Below the pieces are notes generated by a model. It did no database searches. It worked only from the letters and a program-made list of their open reading frames with translations, and was not told the DNA's origin. From a virus (taxonomy: Duplodnaviria > Caudoviricetes), in the IMG/VR virus record IMGVR_UViG_3300035498_000877, positions 1-64,000 of that record: a stretch of DNA of 64,000 bases. One strand, written 5' to 3'. Shown piece after piece: positions 30,718 to 40,439 of this stretch (its first letter is position 1; each line of letters begins with the position of its first letter). The translations under genes and the position numbers were made by a program.

Positions 30718-33249
30718 ATGAAAATTATAAAAGAACGTACTAGATTAATCTTTACCGAGTTCAATGATATGGAGAAAAAGAAGATAGAGGACTTGGTTGG
30801 TACAATGGATAAAGTCTTTGCTTATGAAGATGAAGATAATGGTATTATTGCATTTCCTCCTGGAATGGAAAAATGGGTCAGAGCAACATTTCCAAATATT
30901 CGTATAATAGATAATAGTAAATCATATTGGGATTATGCTGCTATTACTCCAGTAGAGCATAATGCCCAACCTAGAAATCAATTACAAATAGATTTCATTA
31001 AATTTGTATTAGAGCAAGCTAATAAGAAAGAAAAGGTTGCTGGTATATTGAGTCCTGGTACTGGTAAAGCTCAACCTATTAGTACAATAATGCCTACTCC
31101 ATATGGAGAGAAAGTTCTTAAATATTTAAAAAAAGGAGATATAATATTTGGGGCTGATGGTAAACCAACTACTGTTAGTGCAGTATTTGACAGAGGAGTA
31201 CTTGATGTTTATAAAGTAACATTTAGTGATGGAAGAACTGCAATATGTGCAAAAGATCATTTATGGGAAGTCAATAACCATAAAAACTATGGAATGCATC
31301 AAGTTATATCTCTTGGAGATATAATGGAAGATTATAAACGATTAGTTCCATATGGTAATGCAGCTCAATTTGAAGATTATGAATATAAATATTCAATTCC
31401 ATTTATATATGCACCAGTTCAATATGAAACAAAAGCAATTGAATATGATCCTTACTTATTAGGATTACTGGCTGGAAATATTGACAAGAATATAGAATTT
31501 TCATTTGAAGAAATTAAGATTACTTCTAGAAACAAATATATCTCTGAATATATTGGAAAAACATATGATATTGAAGTAATTAGATATCCAATTACTGGTA
31601 ATACATATTTTAGGAAGAGAAATAGATTAATAACATTTGATGATATAAATTTAGTTAATAATTGCGAATTAAATGTATCATCATTATCAAGAGGATTATT
31701 TAATCCAATATATACTAGAAATTCAGAAGAAGTTAGATTATCATTATTACAAGGATTAATGGATGCTAATGGCCATATAAAAGATGATAATGACTTATTT
31801 CCAGTATATTATAAAAGCAAGCATGGAACTCTGATTGATTGTGTTAGAAAGTTAATAATTGGATTTGGATATATTGCAAATATTGATAAGCATAATAAAT
31901 ATAAATTGATTATAGATGTTCCTAATATGTTTAAAGCAAAATTATTTAAAGAACCTAAAAAGAAAGCGATTGCATATAAAGCTTCAAGTAGGATAGATCC
32001 TGATAGAAACAGATGGACATATAATTACATAACGAAGATTGAATATGCAGGACAAGAAGAATGTAGATGTATTCAAGTAGAAGCTGCAGATCAATTATAT
32101 TTAACTACTGATTGTGTAGTAACTCACAATACATTTATGGCATGCTATTCAGCTATCAAAGTAGGATTGAGAACATTAATTATCGTACCTACCAGTGGTA
32201 TTAAACAACAATGGATAGATACTCTAACTGATATGTTTAATGTTGATCCATCTAGAGTTAAAGCAGTCAATAAACCATCTGATTTCATTAATGTTAAAGC
32301 TGACTTTGTTGTAGTGTCACAAGCATCATTGTCAGTATTAAATAAACAATACAATCTTGAGAAGATAATGAAAGATAATAAGTTTGGAATTAAAGTAATT
32401 GATGAAGTACAAATGTGGTTCCATAATATTATCAAGGTAGATGGTAATTCTAATATATGCCATAACTGGTATCTTACTGGAACATTTGGTAGATCAGGTC
32501 AAGAAGAAAATGATTTATATCAAAAGATGTTTGGAGATCTACAGATATTCAGAGAGAAGAATAAGAAATCTACTATATTCAATCCAAGACCAGGAAATAT
32601 ATATGGTATGAAACCATATATGCATGTAAAGATGATGTGGACTAAATCAGGATTATCTAAAGAAGAAATTCAATCAGTAATGGGTTCAATGAGATATTCT
32701 GAACGTGCAGAGAAATGGGTTAGATATGGTATTAGTGTACCTGCATATACTAACTTAGTAATTCCACCTGACGGTACAATGACCAAACATCTTGGTCACA
32801 TATTAAAGACAATTAAAATGGCTGATAAAGAAGTAACATATGGAAGAATGTTAGTACTTGATTCTACAATAGCAGCTACAGAAATAATTGCAGATAAATT
32901 GAAGAAAATGTTTCCAAATAAAAAGATATATACATATCATTCTAAACATACCAAAGAAGAGAATGATATAGCTAAAGCAGAAGCTGATATATTAGTGTCA
33001 ACTGTTAAGTCAGCAGGTACTGGTTTTGATATGAAAGATCTATCTAAACTAGTAGTATCAGCTCCATTTTGCAGCTGGATTTTATCTGACCAGATAAGTG
33101 GTAGGTTACGAAGAAGACCTGATGACAAAGACGTATATATGTGGGATATTGTTGATGCTGAGATCAAACAACTACGTTCATGGGCTAATACTCGAGCTGA
33201 CTGCTATAAGAGAAAATGTAAAACATTCAAAGTTGTTGATATGGATTAA
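30718..33249 (+). CDS. SF2 (UvsW-like) DNA helicase containing an intein
   Basis: SPGTGK|T Walker A split by the intein; IDEVQ, LTGT, GTGFD, QISGRLRR motifs; extein about 489 aa. Confidence 0.88.
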   Translation: MKIIKERTRLIFTEFNDMEKKKIEDLVGTMDKVFAYEDEDNGIIAFPPGMEKWVRATFPNIRIIDNSKSYWDYAAITPVEHNAQPRNQLQIDFIKFVLEQANKKEKVAGILSPGTGKAQPISTIMPTPYGEKVLKYLKKGDIIFGADGKPTTVSAVFDRGVLDVYKVTFSDGRTAICAKDHLWEVNNHKNYGMHQVISLGDIMEDYKRLVPYGNAAQFEDYEYKYSIPFIYAPVQYETKAIEYDPYLLGLLAGNIDKNIEFSFEEIKITSRNKYISEYIGKTYDIEVIRYPITGNTYFRKRNRLITFDDINLVNNCELNVSSLSRGLFNPIYTRNSEEVRLSLLQGLMDANGHIKDDNDLFPVYYKSKHGTLIDCVRKLIIGFGYIANIDKHNKYKLIIDVPNMFKAKLFKEPKKKAIAYKASSRIDPDRNRWTYNYITKIEYAGQEECRCIQVEAADQLYLTTDCVVTHNTFMACYSAIKVGLRTLIIVPTSGIKQQWIDTLTDMFNVDPSRVKAVNKPSDFINVKADFVVVSQASLSVLNKQYNLEKIMKDNKFGIKVIDEVQMWFHNIIKVDGNSNICHNWYLTGTFGRSGQEENDLYQKMFGDLQIFREKNKKSTIFNPRPGNIYGMKPYMHVKMMWTKSGLSKEEIQSVMGSMRYSERAEKWVRYGISVPAYTNLVIPPDGTMTKHLGHILKTIKMADKEVTYGRMLVLDSTIAATEIIADKLKKMFPNKKIYTYHSKHTKEENDIAKAEADILVSTVKSAGTGFDMKDLSKLVVSAPFCSWILSDQISGRLRRRPDDKDVYMWDIVDAEIKQLRSWANTRADCYKRKCKTFKVVDMD
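31069..32130 (+). mobile_element. Class 3 intein (354 aa) with LAGLIDADG domain
   Basis: Starts AQP, ends THN|T; block B DHLW, block F CRCIQV, block G VTHN; LLQGLMDANG motif. Confidence 0.92.
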
Positions 33250-33253
33250 TATA

Positions 33254-33274
33254 AGGGAGGTATTTTACCTCCCT
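33254..33274 (+). terminator. Terminator-like hairpin
   Basis: AGGGAGGTA-ttt-TACCTCCCT after the helicase stop. Confidence 0.55.
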
Positions 33275-33336
33275 AAAAATATTAATTGTTATAACTAATC
33301 TCAATAATAATTTTAAAAGGGAAGGATACTATAAAT

Positions 33337-33609
33337 ATGAATTATTCACAAATATCAAAAGAGAAATTAAATAGTTTAATTGAATCATCGGAATCTTATA
33401 TTATCACTGTATTGGATGATAGTATTAAATCAAATTTTATTAAAGGTGGATTTGATAATATTAAAGATAATATTAATATTCCTTTATATTATGCATATGA
33501 TTCTTTCTATAAAGGCAGTATTATAATTGGATTATCAGGTTCTAGGATGATATTAAATAATTTTAATTTAAATGATATTTTTGAAATAATTAAAGAGTAC
33601 TGTAATTGA
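33337..33609 (+). CDS. Hypothetical protein
   Basis: 90-aa ORF with RBS. Confidence 0.6.
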   Translation: MNYSQISKEKLNSLIESSESYIITVLDDSIKSNFIKGGFDNIKDNINIPLYYAYDSFYKGSIIIGLSGSRMILNNFNLNDIFEIIKEYCN

Positions 33610-34160
33610 TAAATTTAAGAAAGGAAGAGTGTATTTTTATGGTTAAATTTATTAAATCGAGTAAAGTATGGGATGTTATGAGTGAAGCATTGGTAACTAC
33701 TAAGGATCCAATGATATTATTTGTTTTAACATCAGCTGATGATTATGAATGTACTGAGTTAGTAAAAAATATGAGAATAAAATATGAAACTAAAAATATC
33801 AATATTTGTTATACATATTTATCAACTATCCCATCAAATGTATTTTATAAATATTTAATGGGACCAAATTATCCAGCAACATTTCTTATTAATTTTAAAG
33901 ATAGTGATAATTGCTCAGAAGATAATTTAAAGAGTGGATATCTTAATTCTGAATATATACATACTTACTTGTATTATGCAATTGATCAAATGGTTTCAAA
34001 TAAATCACTTGGATCAATATATAAAACTAATCATAAATCATTTTTCCGAAAAGAAACAATTAGTAAAATAAAATTCTTAGATCATGTAGATCTGTATAAT
34101 ATGTGGGCATTTGCAAAAATAAATATAGGAAGGAAAAAAGAAAATGGAAACAGAGAATAA
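33606..34160 (+). CDS. Hypothetical protein
   Basis: 184-aa ORF (likely start at internal MVKF) within an operon. Confidence 0.65.
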   Translation: MINLRKEECIFMVKFIKSSKVWDVMSEALVTTKDPMILFVLTSADDYECTELVKNMRIKYETKNINICYTYLSTIPSNVFYKYLMGPNYPATFLINFKDSDNCSEDNLKSGYLNSEYIHTYLYYAIDQMVSNKSLGSIYKTNHKSFFRKETISKIKFLDHVDLYNMWAFAKINIGRKKENGNRE

Positions 34161-34434
34161 ATTACCAGTTGGAATATGTAAACAAGCTGTAATGAAATTA
34201 GAATCAGCAATGGCTGACATTAATGAGATTGCAGAAGATGAAGATATTGATGAAAATCAGAAACAATTATTCTCATCTTTGGCTGAGAGTACTGGCACAA
34301 TGATTGCATGTATTGTTAATGAAGTATCTGCTGAGATGGGCGAAGAAGAATTTGTTAATGAACAAATAGACATGGATGAAATACAACCATGGCCAGAAAA
34401 TGATACTGGAGATATATTAGAAGAAGAATTATAA
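34144..34434 (+). CDS. Hypothetical acidic protein
   Basis: 96 aa, strongly acidic. Confidence 0.65.
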   Translation: METENKLPVGICKQAVMKLESAMADINEIAEDEDIDENQKQLFSSLAESTGTMIACIVNEVSAEMGEEEFVNEQIDMDEIQPWPENDTGDILEEEL

Positions 34435-34440
34435 ACAAAA

Positions 34441-34468
34441 AGAAAGGAAGGTCCATGCCTTCCTTTCT
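34441..34468. terminator. Bidirectional terminator hairpin
   Basis: AGAAAGGAAGG-tccatg-CCTTCCTTTCT between convergent genes. Confidence 0.75.
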
Positions 34469-34470
34469 CA

Positions 34471-34806
34471 TTATATCTTACCCTTAGCGGGTATAGTAAT
34501 ATCATCACCTCCTGTGAACTCTCTCAGCTCTTCTATAAGTACTAATTTTATGTTGAACTTGAAGAACTTGAAAGTATCTTCTTCAGGCATGTTGCCCATT
34601 ACAAAGAATCCTATCAATCTAGACTTCCGGTCAAAAGCCCACTCAAACCACGGTGTCTCCCAAGAATCCTCTATGATGTCATCATCGATAATGTCAATAT
34701 TTACATGGTCGAATGCATGCTCAATTCTTTCAGGACTAATACATCTTTTAATCATACACTTTATCATTCGTGTAACTTCAATTGTTGTCATTTCTACTGT
34801 TCTCAT
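34471..34806 (-). CDS. Hypothetical early-type protein
   Basis: AAGGAGG RBS; preceded by the conserved promoter motif. Confidence 0.65.
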   Translation of the reverse strand: MRTVEMTTIEVTRMIKCMIKRCISPERIEHAFDHVNIDIIDDDIIEDSWETPWFEWAFDRKSRLIGFFVMGNMPEEDTFKFFKFNIKLVLIEELREFTGGDDITIPAKGKI

Positions 34807-34862
34807 AAACACTCCTCCTTTATATGTTTTATAATAAAAATTATGAGTTACATTTCTTTTAT

Positions 34863-34904
34863 TACATTATTAAAATATATTATTAATACTGAGGAATATG
34901 CGAT
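34863..34904 (-). promoter_or_regulatory. Putative phage promoter ATCG-N20-ATATATTT-N5-ATGTA
   Basis: One of four copies with identical spacing. Confidence 0.65.
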
Positions 34905-34910
34905 TAAATA

Positions 34911-34947
34911 AAAGAAAAGAGAGGATTTTACTCCTCTCTATTCTTTT
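34911..34947 (-). terminator. Terminator hairpin
   Basis: AGAGAGGA-ttttac-TCCTCTCT with flanking A/T runs. Confidence 0.7.
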
Positions 34948-35881
34948 ATGCTTCCAGTGATTGCCTACAAGCTTCGATTACATCTTCTTCTGTCTCTGCT
35001 ACCATATAGAATCCTGATGCATGAACGAATTCCAGATTTAATCCAGAAATTTGTTGCAACTCGCTATTTCTTAATCCTCTCCATGATTCTTTGAAAGGAG
35101 TTTTGAGCCCAAAGCTCATGGGTTCTATTGGCACTGCCTGGCAACACCATTTACCATCTCGTTGCCAATATACAAACTTAGCATCCGATGGTATTAATAC
35201 TTCCTGCCATGGGCAGAACTGATCTAATTTAACAATCGTTCCATCTGAATTTTCCAAGTATTTCTTGACCAAATCATTGGCTTCTGATTTTGACCACATT
35301 TCCTTCACTTCATTATAGATGATATCTACTGCAATGTCCATAGCCCTGTTCATTCTACCTTTTATGTGTACAGGATTTTCATTCCAGCAATAATTGAAAC
35401 CAGATACTAATGTTGAAAACTGACACTGAGTACCTTCAACACCATTATCAGCAGCATCAATTGGATCAAAGATTGTTTTTGCTACATATGAAACGTATTT
35501 TTCATCGACAATCTCATCACCAATGATGGCCCATATCAGACCACAGCTTGCATATGGTATAGTTCCATCTTCGTGATATGCTTTCTGCTCATTAGGAAAA
35601 TGATGATCAAGGAAAGATAGATCAACATCAATATGCAGTACCTGAGGTTCTGTCTCTAGATTTCTAGCTCTTGTAAAAGTAATAGGACTAATGTTTTCTA
35701 GTCCGCTATTATTGAGGATCTTTCTATAGACCTCTAATAAGGCCAATGCAAAAACTTCATCAGCATGGAACACTGGTCCATCGTGTACAACAACTTTACC
35801 AAATTTCATACCTTCAATAATTTTCTGTTTTGCAGATTCTTTTGTTAAACCAAAACCTTCTAAAAACTTTTCTAATGTCAT
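34946..35881 (-). CDS. MYG1-family exonuclease/hydrolase
   Basis: HDGPVFHADEVFA, DHH, YASCGLIW, DAADNG, FVHASGF motifs. Confidence 0.88.
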   Translation of the reverse strand: MTLEKFLEGFGLTKESAKQKIIEGMKFGKVVVHDGPVFHADEVFALALLEVYRKILNNSGLENISPITFTRARNLETEPQVLHIDVDLSFLDHHFPNEQKAYHEDGTIPYASCGLIWAIIGDEIVDEKYVSYVAKTIFDPIDAADNGVEGTQCQFSTLVSGFNYCWNENPVHIKGRMNRAMDIAVDIIYNEVKEMWSKSEANDLVKKYLENSDGTIVKLDQFCPWQEVLIPSDAKFVYWQRDGKWCCQAVPIEPMSFGLKTPFKESWRGLRNSELQQISGLNLEFVHASGFYMVAETEEDVIEACRQSLEA

Positions 35882-35957
35882 AACTATTTCCTCCTAATAT
35901 TATAAAATTTTTATAGATCCTATATTCAGTTGTATGTAATAATGAACTTACCTTTAT

Positions 35958-35999
35958 TACATTATTAGAATATATTATCATTGTTATTAAATATGCGAT
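35958..35999 (-). promoter_or_regulatory. Putative phage promoter ATCG-N20-ATATATTC-N5-ATGTA
   Basis: Conserved tripartite motif upstream of the MYG1 gene. Confidence 0.7.
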
Positions 36000-36000
36000 A

Positions 36001-36031
36001 ATAAGAGAGGAATAATTTATTCCTCTCTTAT
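36001..36031 (-). terminator. Terminator hairpin
   Basis: ATAAGAGAGGAATAA-t-TTATTCCTCTCTTAT inverted repeat. Confidence 0.75.
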
Positions 36032-36036
36032 ATTAT

Positions 36037-36450
36037 TTACTTATTTTTATTATCAGAATCTGGTATGATTTTTGTTTTTAACTCATTAATTTCATGCAGT
36101 TGTTTATTATAAAACTCATTAACAACCTTAATAGATTCATCAAATAATTGTGATGATGTATCACCATATCCACTTATATCTGATATTGCAGGTATACATA
36201 ACCTATTAGTTCTCTGAGTGATATATTCATTAACTGCATTAATATCATTATTATACTGAATATTATCAATAGTATCATCAACTATATCAGCAACATTATC
36301 AATATTATCAGCAATTTTTATTAATTCAGCTGCATAGTTTTTTAATTCAACTGATATATTATGCAAATCATTCGCAATTATGGATACATTCAATCTAGCC
36401 TCTGTTCTACTATATAGTGATTTTAATTTTTCCAATCTTTCTGTATTCAT
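36037..36450 (-). CDS. Hypothetical coiled-coil protein (paralog of 39433..39867)
   Basis: Shares DLH.I.V.L.NY..EL and TxRLxIPAI...GYG with 39433..39867. Confidence 0.75.
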   Translation of the reverse strand: MNTERLEKLKSLYSRTEARLNVSIIANDLHNISVELKNYAAELIKIADNIDNVADIVDDTIDNIQYNNDINAVNEYITQRTNRLCIPAISDISGYGDTSSQLFDESIKVVNEFYNKQLHEINELKTKIIPDSDNKNK

Positions 36451-36464
36451 TATATTATCTCCTT

Positions 36465-37334
36465 TTATGAATTTATTATATCCAATATCTTAAATATATT
36501 ATTGGAAGTTGAATCTGTATTTTTGAAATTATATGCCCAATCTGTATATCTTTCATTTGTGAACATTCCCAAATATCTTCTGAATGTCATTAATGTTATA
36601 AAGTTGCATGCTCTATTGAAACATTCATTATGATGTTTCAAGAATTCATTAGTGACTTTACTATTATCATGATATGGTATCAATATATCATTTTGATATT
36701 TGATAAATGGATCATCAACTGATAATGTATATTGTTTATAATCCCCATATAAGTCAGTAATAATTGCTTCATGGTTAATTATATTTAATTTGAGTATGCT
36801 ATATTGAGTTGCATCTGGATTGAATGGATCATATTCTCTGAACATATATTCCATATCATCTGGTCTACTATTCCTATATATTCTCAATTGAGTTTTATCA
36901 TTAGCTTGTACATATGGTACTTGTAGATATTCCATATCATTGATGACAATAAATGGATCAATAAACTTATCAAAAGAATCAATGATTACATATTCTTTTA
37001 CTCTGATTGCCATTTCCAGAAATTTGATAAACATTGAATCAATTGCTTTTGAATTTTCATCTAATTGTATATCATCATTAATAGAATGAGTTTCAAGACT
37101 ATATTTATTAAATGATACCATCTTCCTGATTATACAATTATCATTAATAAAATTATATTCTCTTACCATTAATGAAAACTTCTTATTTACTACTGATATT
37201 TTATACAGAGTATCCGATTCAGCTTTAATATAGAAAGAATAACCATTAACCTCTCCAATGTATGTGGATGGTTCTAATAGATTTATAATGCTTCCATTTA
37301 CTGCCAAATCAATTAAATCTTTATAAGTTGTCAT
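36465..37334 (-). CDS. Hypothetical protein (possible distant member of the TYxDL family)
   Basis: 289 aa, AAGGAGG RBS, begins MTTYKDLID. Confidence 0.7.
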   Translation of the reverse strand: MTTYKDLIDLAVNGSIINLLEPSTYIGEVNGYSFYIKAESDTLYKISVVNKKFSLMVREYNFINDNCIIRKMVSFNKYSLETHSINDDIQLDENSKAIDSMFIKFLEMAIRVKEYVIIDSFDKFIDPFIVINDMEYLQVPYVQANDKTQLRIYRNSRPDDMEYMFREYDPFNPDATQYSILKLNIINHEAIITDLYGDYKQYTLSVDDPFIKYQNDILIPYHDNSKVTNEFLKHHNECFNRACNFITLMTFRRYLGMFTNERYTDWAYNFKNTDSTSNNIFKILDIINS

Positions 37335-37388
37335 TTTTATTTCCTCCTTGTGTTTGTTATAATTGTTATATTAAAAGAATATATAATT

Positions 37389-37422
37389 AAAAGAATAGAG
37401 GATTAATATCCTCTATTCTTTT
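37389..37422 (-). terminator. Terminator hairpin
   Basis: AAAAGAATAGAGGAT-taat-ATCCTCTATTCTTTT. Confidence 0.75.
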
Positions 37423-37827
37423 TTATTCTCCTTCATAATTTGGATCTTCTTCATTAGGATCTCGATGCTTAAATAAATCTAAATGTTTATTCCAATATGC
37501 TTCTTTTAGGTTTATCGTACTTTGTAATATTTCACATCTTCTTTTATTCCATTCCATAGCATGTTTCATCCATTCATCAACATCTTTTCTATATGATAAT
37601 TTTCTACATATTTCATCCATTTCGTCATGTAATTTTTGAGCATTTTCAATTACTTCATTTCTTTGTTTTTTACCTTCTTCTTCACTAATTCTACCTTTAT
37701 AGACATCTTGTTCAATATCCATTATCTTCATAATGTCAATATAATCTGATATTGGACTATACATAAAACTCTGAATAAATTCTTTGTATACCTTAATTTC
37801 AACATATGTACTATATCTACCAGCCAT
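37423..37827 (-). CDS. Hypothetical helical protein
   Basis: 134-aa ORF with AAGGGGG RBS. Confidence 0.7.
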   Translation of the reverse strand: MAGRYSTYVEIKVYKEFIQSFMYSPISDYIDIMKIMDIEQDVYKGRISEEEGKKQRNEVIENAQKLHDEMDEICRKLSYRKDVDEWMKHAMEWNKRRCEILQSTINLKEAYWNKHLDLFKHRDPNEEDPNYEGE

Positions 37828-37882
37828 AATTAATACCCCCTTAAAGTATTTATATTAATTATCGGTGAAAAAAAGAGAGAGG

Positions 37883-38674
37883 TTAATCCTCTCCCTTAAG
37901 TTCTTCTAATGCATCATCATCCCAAGCATTGGTGATAGATGCAATAGCAATTGAATTTACGTCATCATACGGATTTTCCCCAATTTCAAAGAAATCTCCA
38001 AGACTGTTAATGATTCCAATAGCATTATCAGCATTAAGCTTAGCTTTGTTCAGTGTATTAAAGTCACTGACAGATTTATCAATCAACTCTTCATCTGGCA
38101 TCAAGTTAATTGTATTCTCTAATGTTTTTGCCACTGATAATAATATTGAATGGATCGCCTGTAACTGAATCTTAGAATAATTCTTTGTTGTCATTGATTT
38201 TGGAGTATCTGACTTTGCCTCTGATTTCTTAACTTCCTCATTGGCAAGCTTTCCTGCCACCCATGGTGATAAGAAGTCTCTGACCATCTCAAGAACTGAA
38301 GGATGATTTCCACCATGCCATGTAGCTTCTGGGCCATCAATAAAACTATTTGTGATCGGGACATTAATCAATTCACCATTCTTGATATTGCCAAGTGAAT
38401 CGGCAAATCGAATGAATACAGCATCGAATTCCTGCTCAAAGAAAAACTTAACCAACTGCTGATAATTGCCAATCATGTTCTTTGTAAGAATATACAAACT
38501 ACATGTACTATTGGTTTTATCAGTATTAGCACATGCGATATAGTCATAATTGTCATGGAATAATGTAGTTTGTTTTGATGACAGGTATTCAAAATCCTTG
38601 GCAATGACATCATCTGATGCATTTGAAAGTTCTAATGTGTAGTAGAAAAGATCAATCATTCTTAAATTACTCAT
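37883..38674 (-). CDS. Hypothetical early-type protein (DLxxYTxEL family)
   Basis: LRMIDLFYYTLEL; LYILTKNMIGNYQQLVKFFF aligns with 38805..39338. Confidence 0.75.
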   Translation of the reverse strand: MSNLRMIDLFYYTLELSNASDDVIAKDFEYLSSKQTTLFHDNYDYIACANTDKTNSTCSLYILTKNMIGNYQQLVKFFFEQEFDAVFIRFADSLGNIKNGELINVPITNSFIDGPEATWHGGNHPSVLEMVRDFLSPWVAGKLANEEVKKSEAKSDTPKSMTTKNYSKIQLQAIHSILLSVAKTLENTINLMPDEELIDKSVSDFNTLNKAKLNADNAIGIINSLGDFFEIGENPYDDVNSIAIASITNAWDDDALEELKGED

Positions 38675-38744
38675 ATTATTATCCTCCTTAGATAATTTAA
38701 AATTTTTTCAGTATTCAGTTGTATGTAATAAACTTATTATTTAT

Positions 38745-38786
38745 TACATCATTAGAATATATCGTTAATTATTTAAAATATTCGAT
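38745..38786 (-). promoter_or_regulatory. Putative phage promoter ATCG-N20-ATATATTC-N5-ATGTA
   Basis: Same motif and spacing as the other copies. Confidence 0.7.
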
Positions 38787-38804
38787 AAAAAGAAAAGAGG
38801 GTTG

Positions 38805-39338
38805 TTAACCCTCTTGACTTCTTTCATCATAATATGGTGATATCTCTGTAATAGCCTGAGGTAATTTTCTAGATTTCTTCGCTGCAATCTTATTCATTTT
38901 CCATTTACATAATACTGCAGCAATGGCTTTGCGTGTCATGAATCCAGATGCAACATCATCAGCATCCCATTCCTCTTGTGAGTTTGTAAATAAATAGTCA
39001 ATTGAGAAATTTTCAATTACCATTACACCATAATCATTAGCACCAATATCGTTCATAAAATGAATATCTAACGTGCCATCTGATGGAACAAATACAAATT
39101 TTGTAATCTCCTGATATTCATCTATTATATTTTTCATATATAAATGAAGAATATAGCAAGGTTTTTTAGCAGCATCATAGTATGCAGATATCGCAGATGC
39201 TGCATATTCATCAGAATCATCAAACAATTTGATTTGTTCACCTGGTTTATTATTAACTAACTCTTTTGTATATAGATATAAATCAGCAAATGTTAAATCA
39301 AATAAAGTATCTGATAATTCATTTTTAACAACTTTCAT
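38805..39338 (-). CDS. Hypothetical early-type protein (DLxxYTxEL family)
   Basis: LTFADLYLYTKEL; LHLYMKNIIDEYQEITKFVF. Confidence 0.75.
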   Translation of the reverse strand: MKVVKNELSDTLFDLTFADLYLYTKELVNNKPGEQIKLFDDSDEYAASAISAYYDAAKKPCYILHLYMKNIIDEYQEITKFVFVPSDGTLDIHFMNDIGANDYGVMVIENFSIDYLFTNSQEEWDADDVASGFMTRKAIAAVLCKWKMNKIAAKKSRKLPQAITEISPYYDERSQEG

Positions 39339-39375
39339 ATTTTTACCTCCTTAGGTTTAAATATTATTTATTAAC

Positions 39376-39417
39376 TACATATATAGAATATATAATCTGA
39401 GGGAAAATAAATACGAT
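39376..39417 (-). promoter_or_regulatory. Putative phage promoter ATCG-N20-ATATATTC-N5-ATGTA
   Basis: Same motif and spacing as the other copies. Confidence 0.7.
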
Positions 39418-39422
39418 AAAAA

Positions 39423-39448
39423 AGAAGAGGGTTTAATAGCCCTCTTCT
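39423..39448 (-). terminator. Terminator hairpin
   Basis: AGAAGAGGG-tttaatag-CCCTCTTCT overlapping a stop codon. Confidence 0.65.
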
Positions 39449-39867
39449 ACTGCCTTTTCTTCTATAGTATTATCTACTTTTATGTGTTCTTGTAACCATT
39501 TACAATCAGTTACTTGATCATTATAGAATATATTTATATTTTCAAGTGCATTATCATATTCACCAGTTGTTTTATTTCCATATCCATCCATATTATTTAT
39601 AGCTGGAATTTCCAATCTCTTTGTACGTTTTGAGATATATTCCTTTGCGATAATAACATTTTCTGGTGATTGAATTTTTCCAACCATTTCATCAATATCA
39701 TTTGCAACATCATCAAACTTTGTTGCTAATTCTGCTAAAGCAGATGAATAGTTTGCTAAATCTACAGCAATATCATGCATATCACTGGCAACTACTGCAA
39801 CATCCAATTTTGTATTTAACATTTCTGACATACATTGCAATCTCGTAATTCTTCCTTGATCAATCAT
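39433..39867 (-). CDS. Hypothetical coiled-coil protein (paralog of 36037..36450)
   Basis: DMHDIAVDLANYSSAL...TKRLEIPAINNMDGYG. Confidence 0.75.
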   Translation of the reverse strand: MIDQGRITRLQCMSEMLNTKLDVAVVASDMHDIAVDLANYSSALAELATKFDDVANDIDEMVGKIQSPENVIIAKEYISKRTKRLEIPAINNMDGYGNKTTGEYDNALENINIFYNDQVTDCKWLQEHIKVDNTIEEKAVEEGY

Positions 39868-39880
39868 TTTATTATCCCCC

Positions 39881-40408
39881 CTAATATAGAATAGTTGCTC
39901 TAGGAACTATATCAATATCAAAACCACCTGCTTCTTGCCATGACTTTAACATTTCCTCAATGACAGATCTAAGTTTCTTATTGTATGGCTCTCTAAGGAA
40001 AGTATCCCATTTAGCTCTTGCCCCATTTATTTCACCATAAATATTTTTAAGTCTCTTACTATACTCTCTACTATATGCATATTCTGTCGACATTGGATAA
40101 ATACCTTCTTTGGTTGGTATACAAAGAGTTCCATATATAGATCCTGATTCTGTATCACATAAGAATACTATTACACAGATTTCTTTAAATGAATCATTAA
40201 CTCTATCATTTACATAGATTGCAAGTATGTAAGTTGCTTCATGATCATTTTTATAATCTACAGTAGCCCATGTCCCAAATTCATCATTTCCATTTAGAAA
40301 TGGTATTGGATTATTTTTAGTATGATCTTGAATAGAACCAGATGTTTCATAAGATAACATATTCTTTGTGTAATCAAGTAAGTCCTTCCAAGTTAGATTT
40401 TTAGTCAT
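39881..40408 (-). CDS. Hypothetical early-type protein (DLxxYTxEL family)
   Basis: Start MTKNLTWKDLLDYTKNML after AAGGAGG. Confidence 0.7.
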   Translation of the reverse strand: MTKNLTWKDLLDYTKNMLSYETSGSIQDHTKNNPIPFLNGNDEFGTWATVDYKNDHEATYILAIYVNDRVNDSFKEICVIVFLCDTESGSIYGTLCIPTKEGIYPMSTEYAYSREYSKRLKNIYGEINGARAKWDTFLREPYNKKLRSVIEEMLKSWQEAGGFDIDIVPRATILY

Positions 40409-40439
40409 ATTTATTTCCTCCTTAATATGTAATATATTT

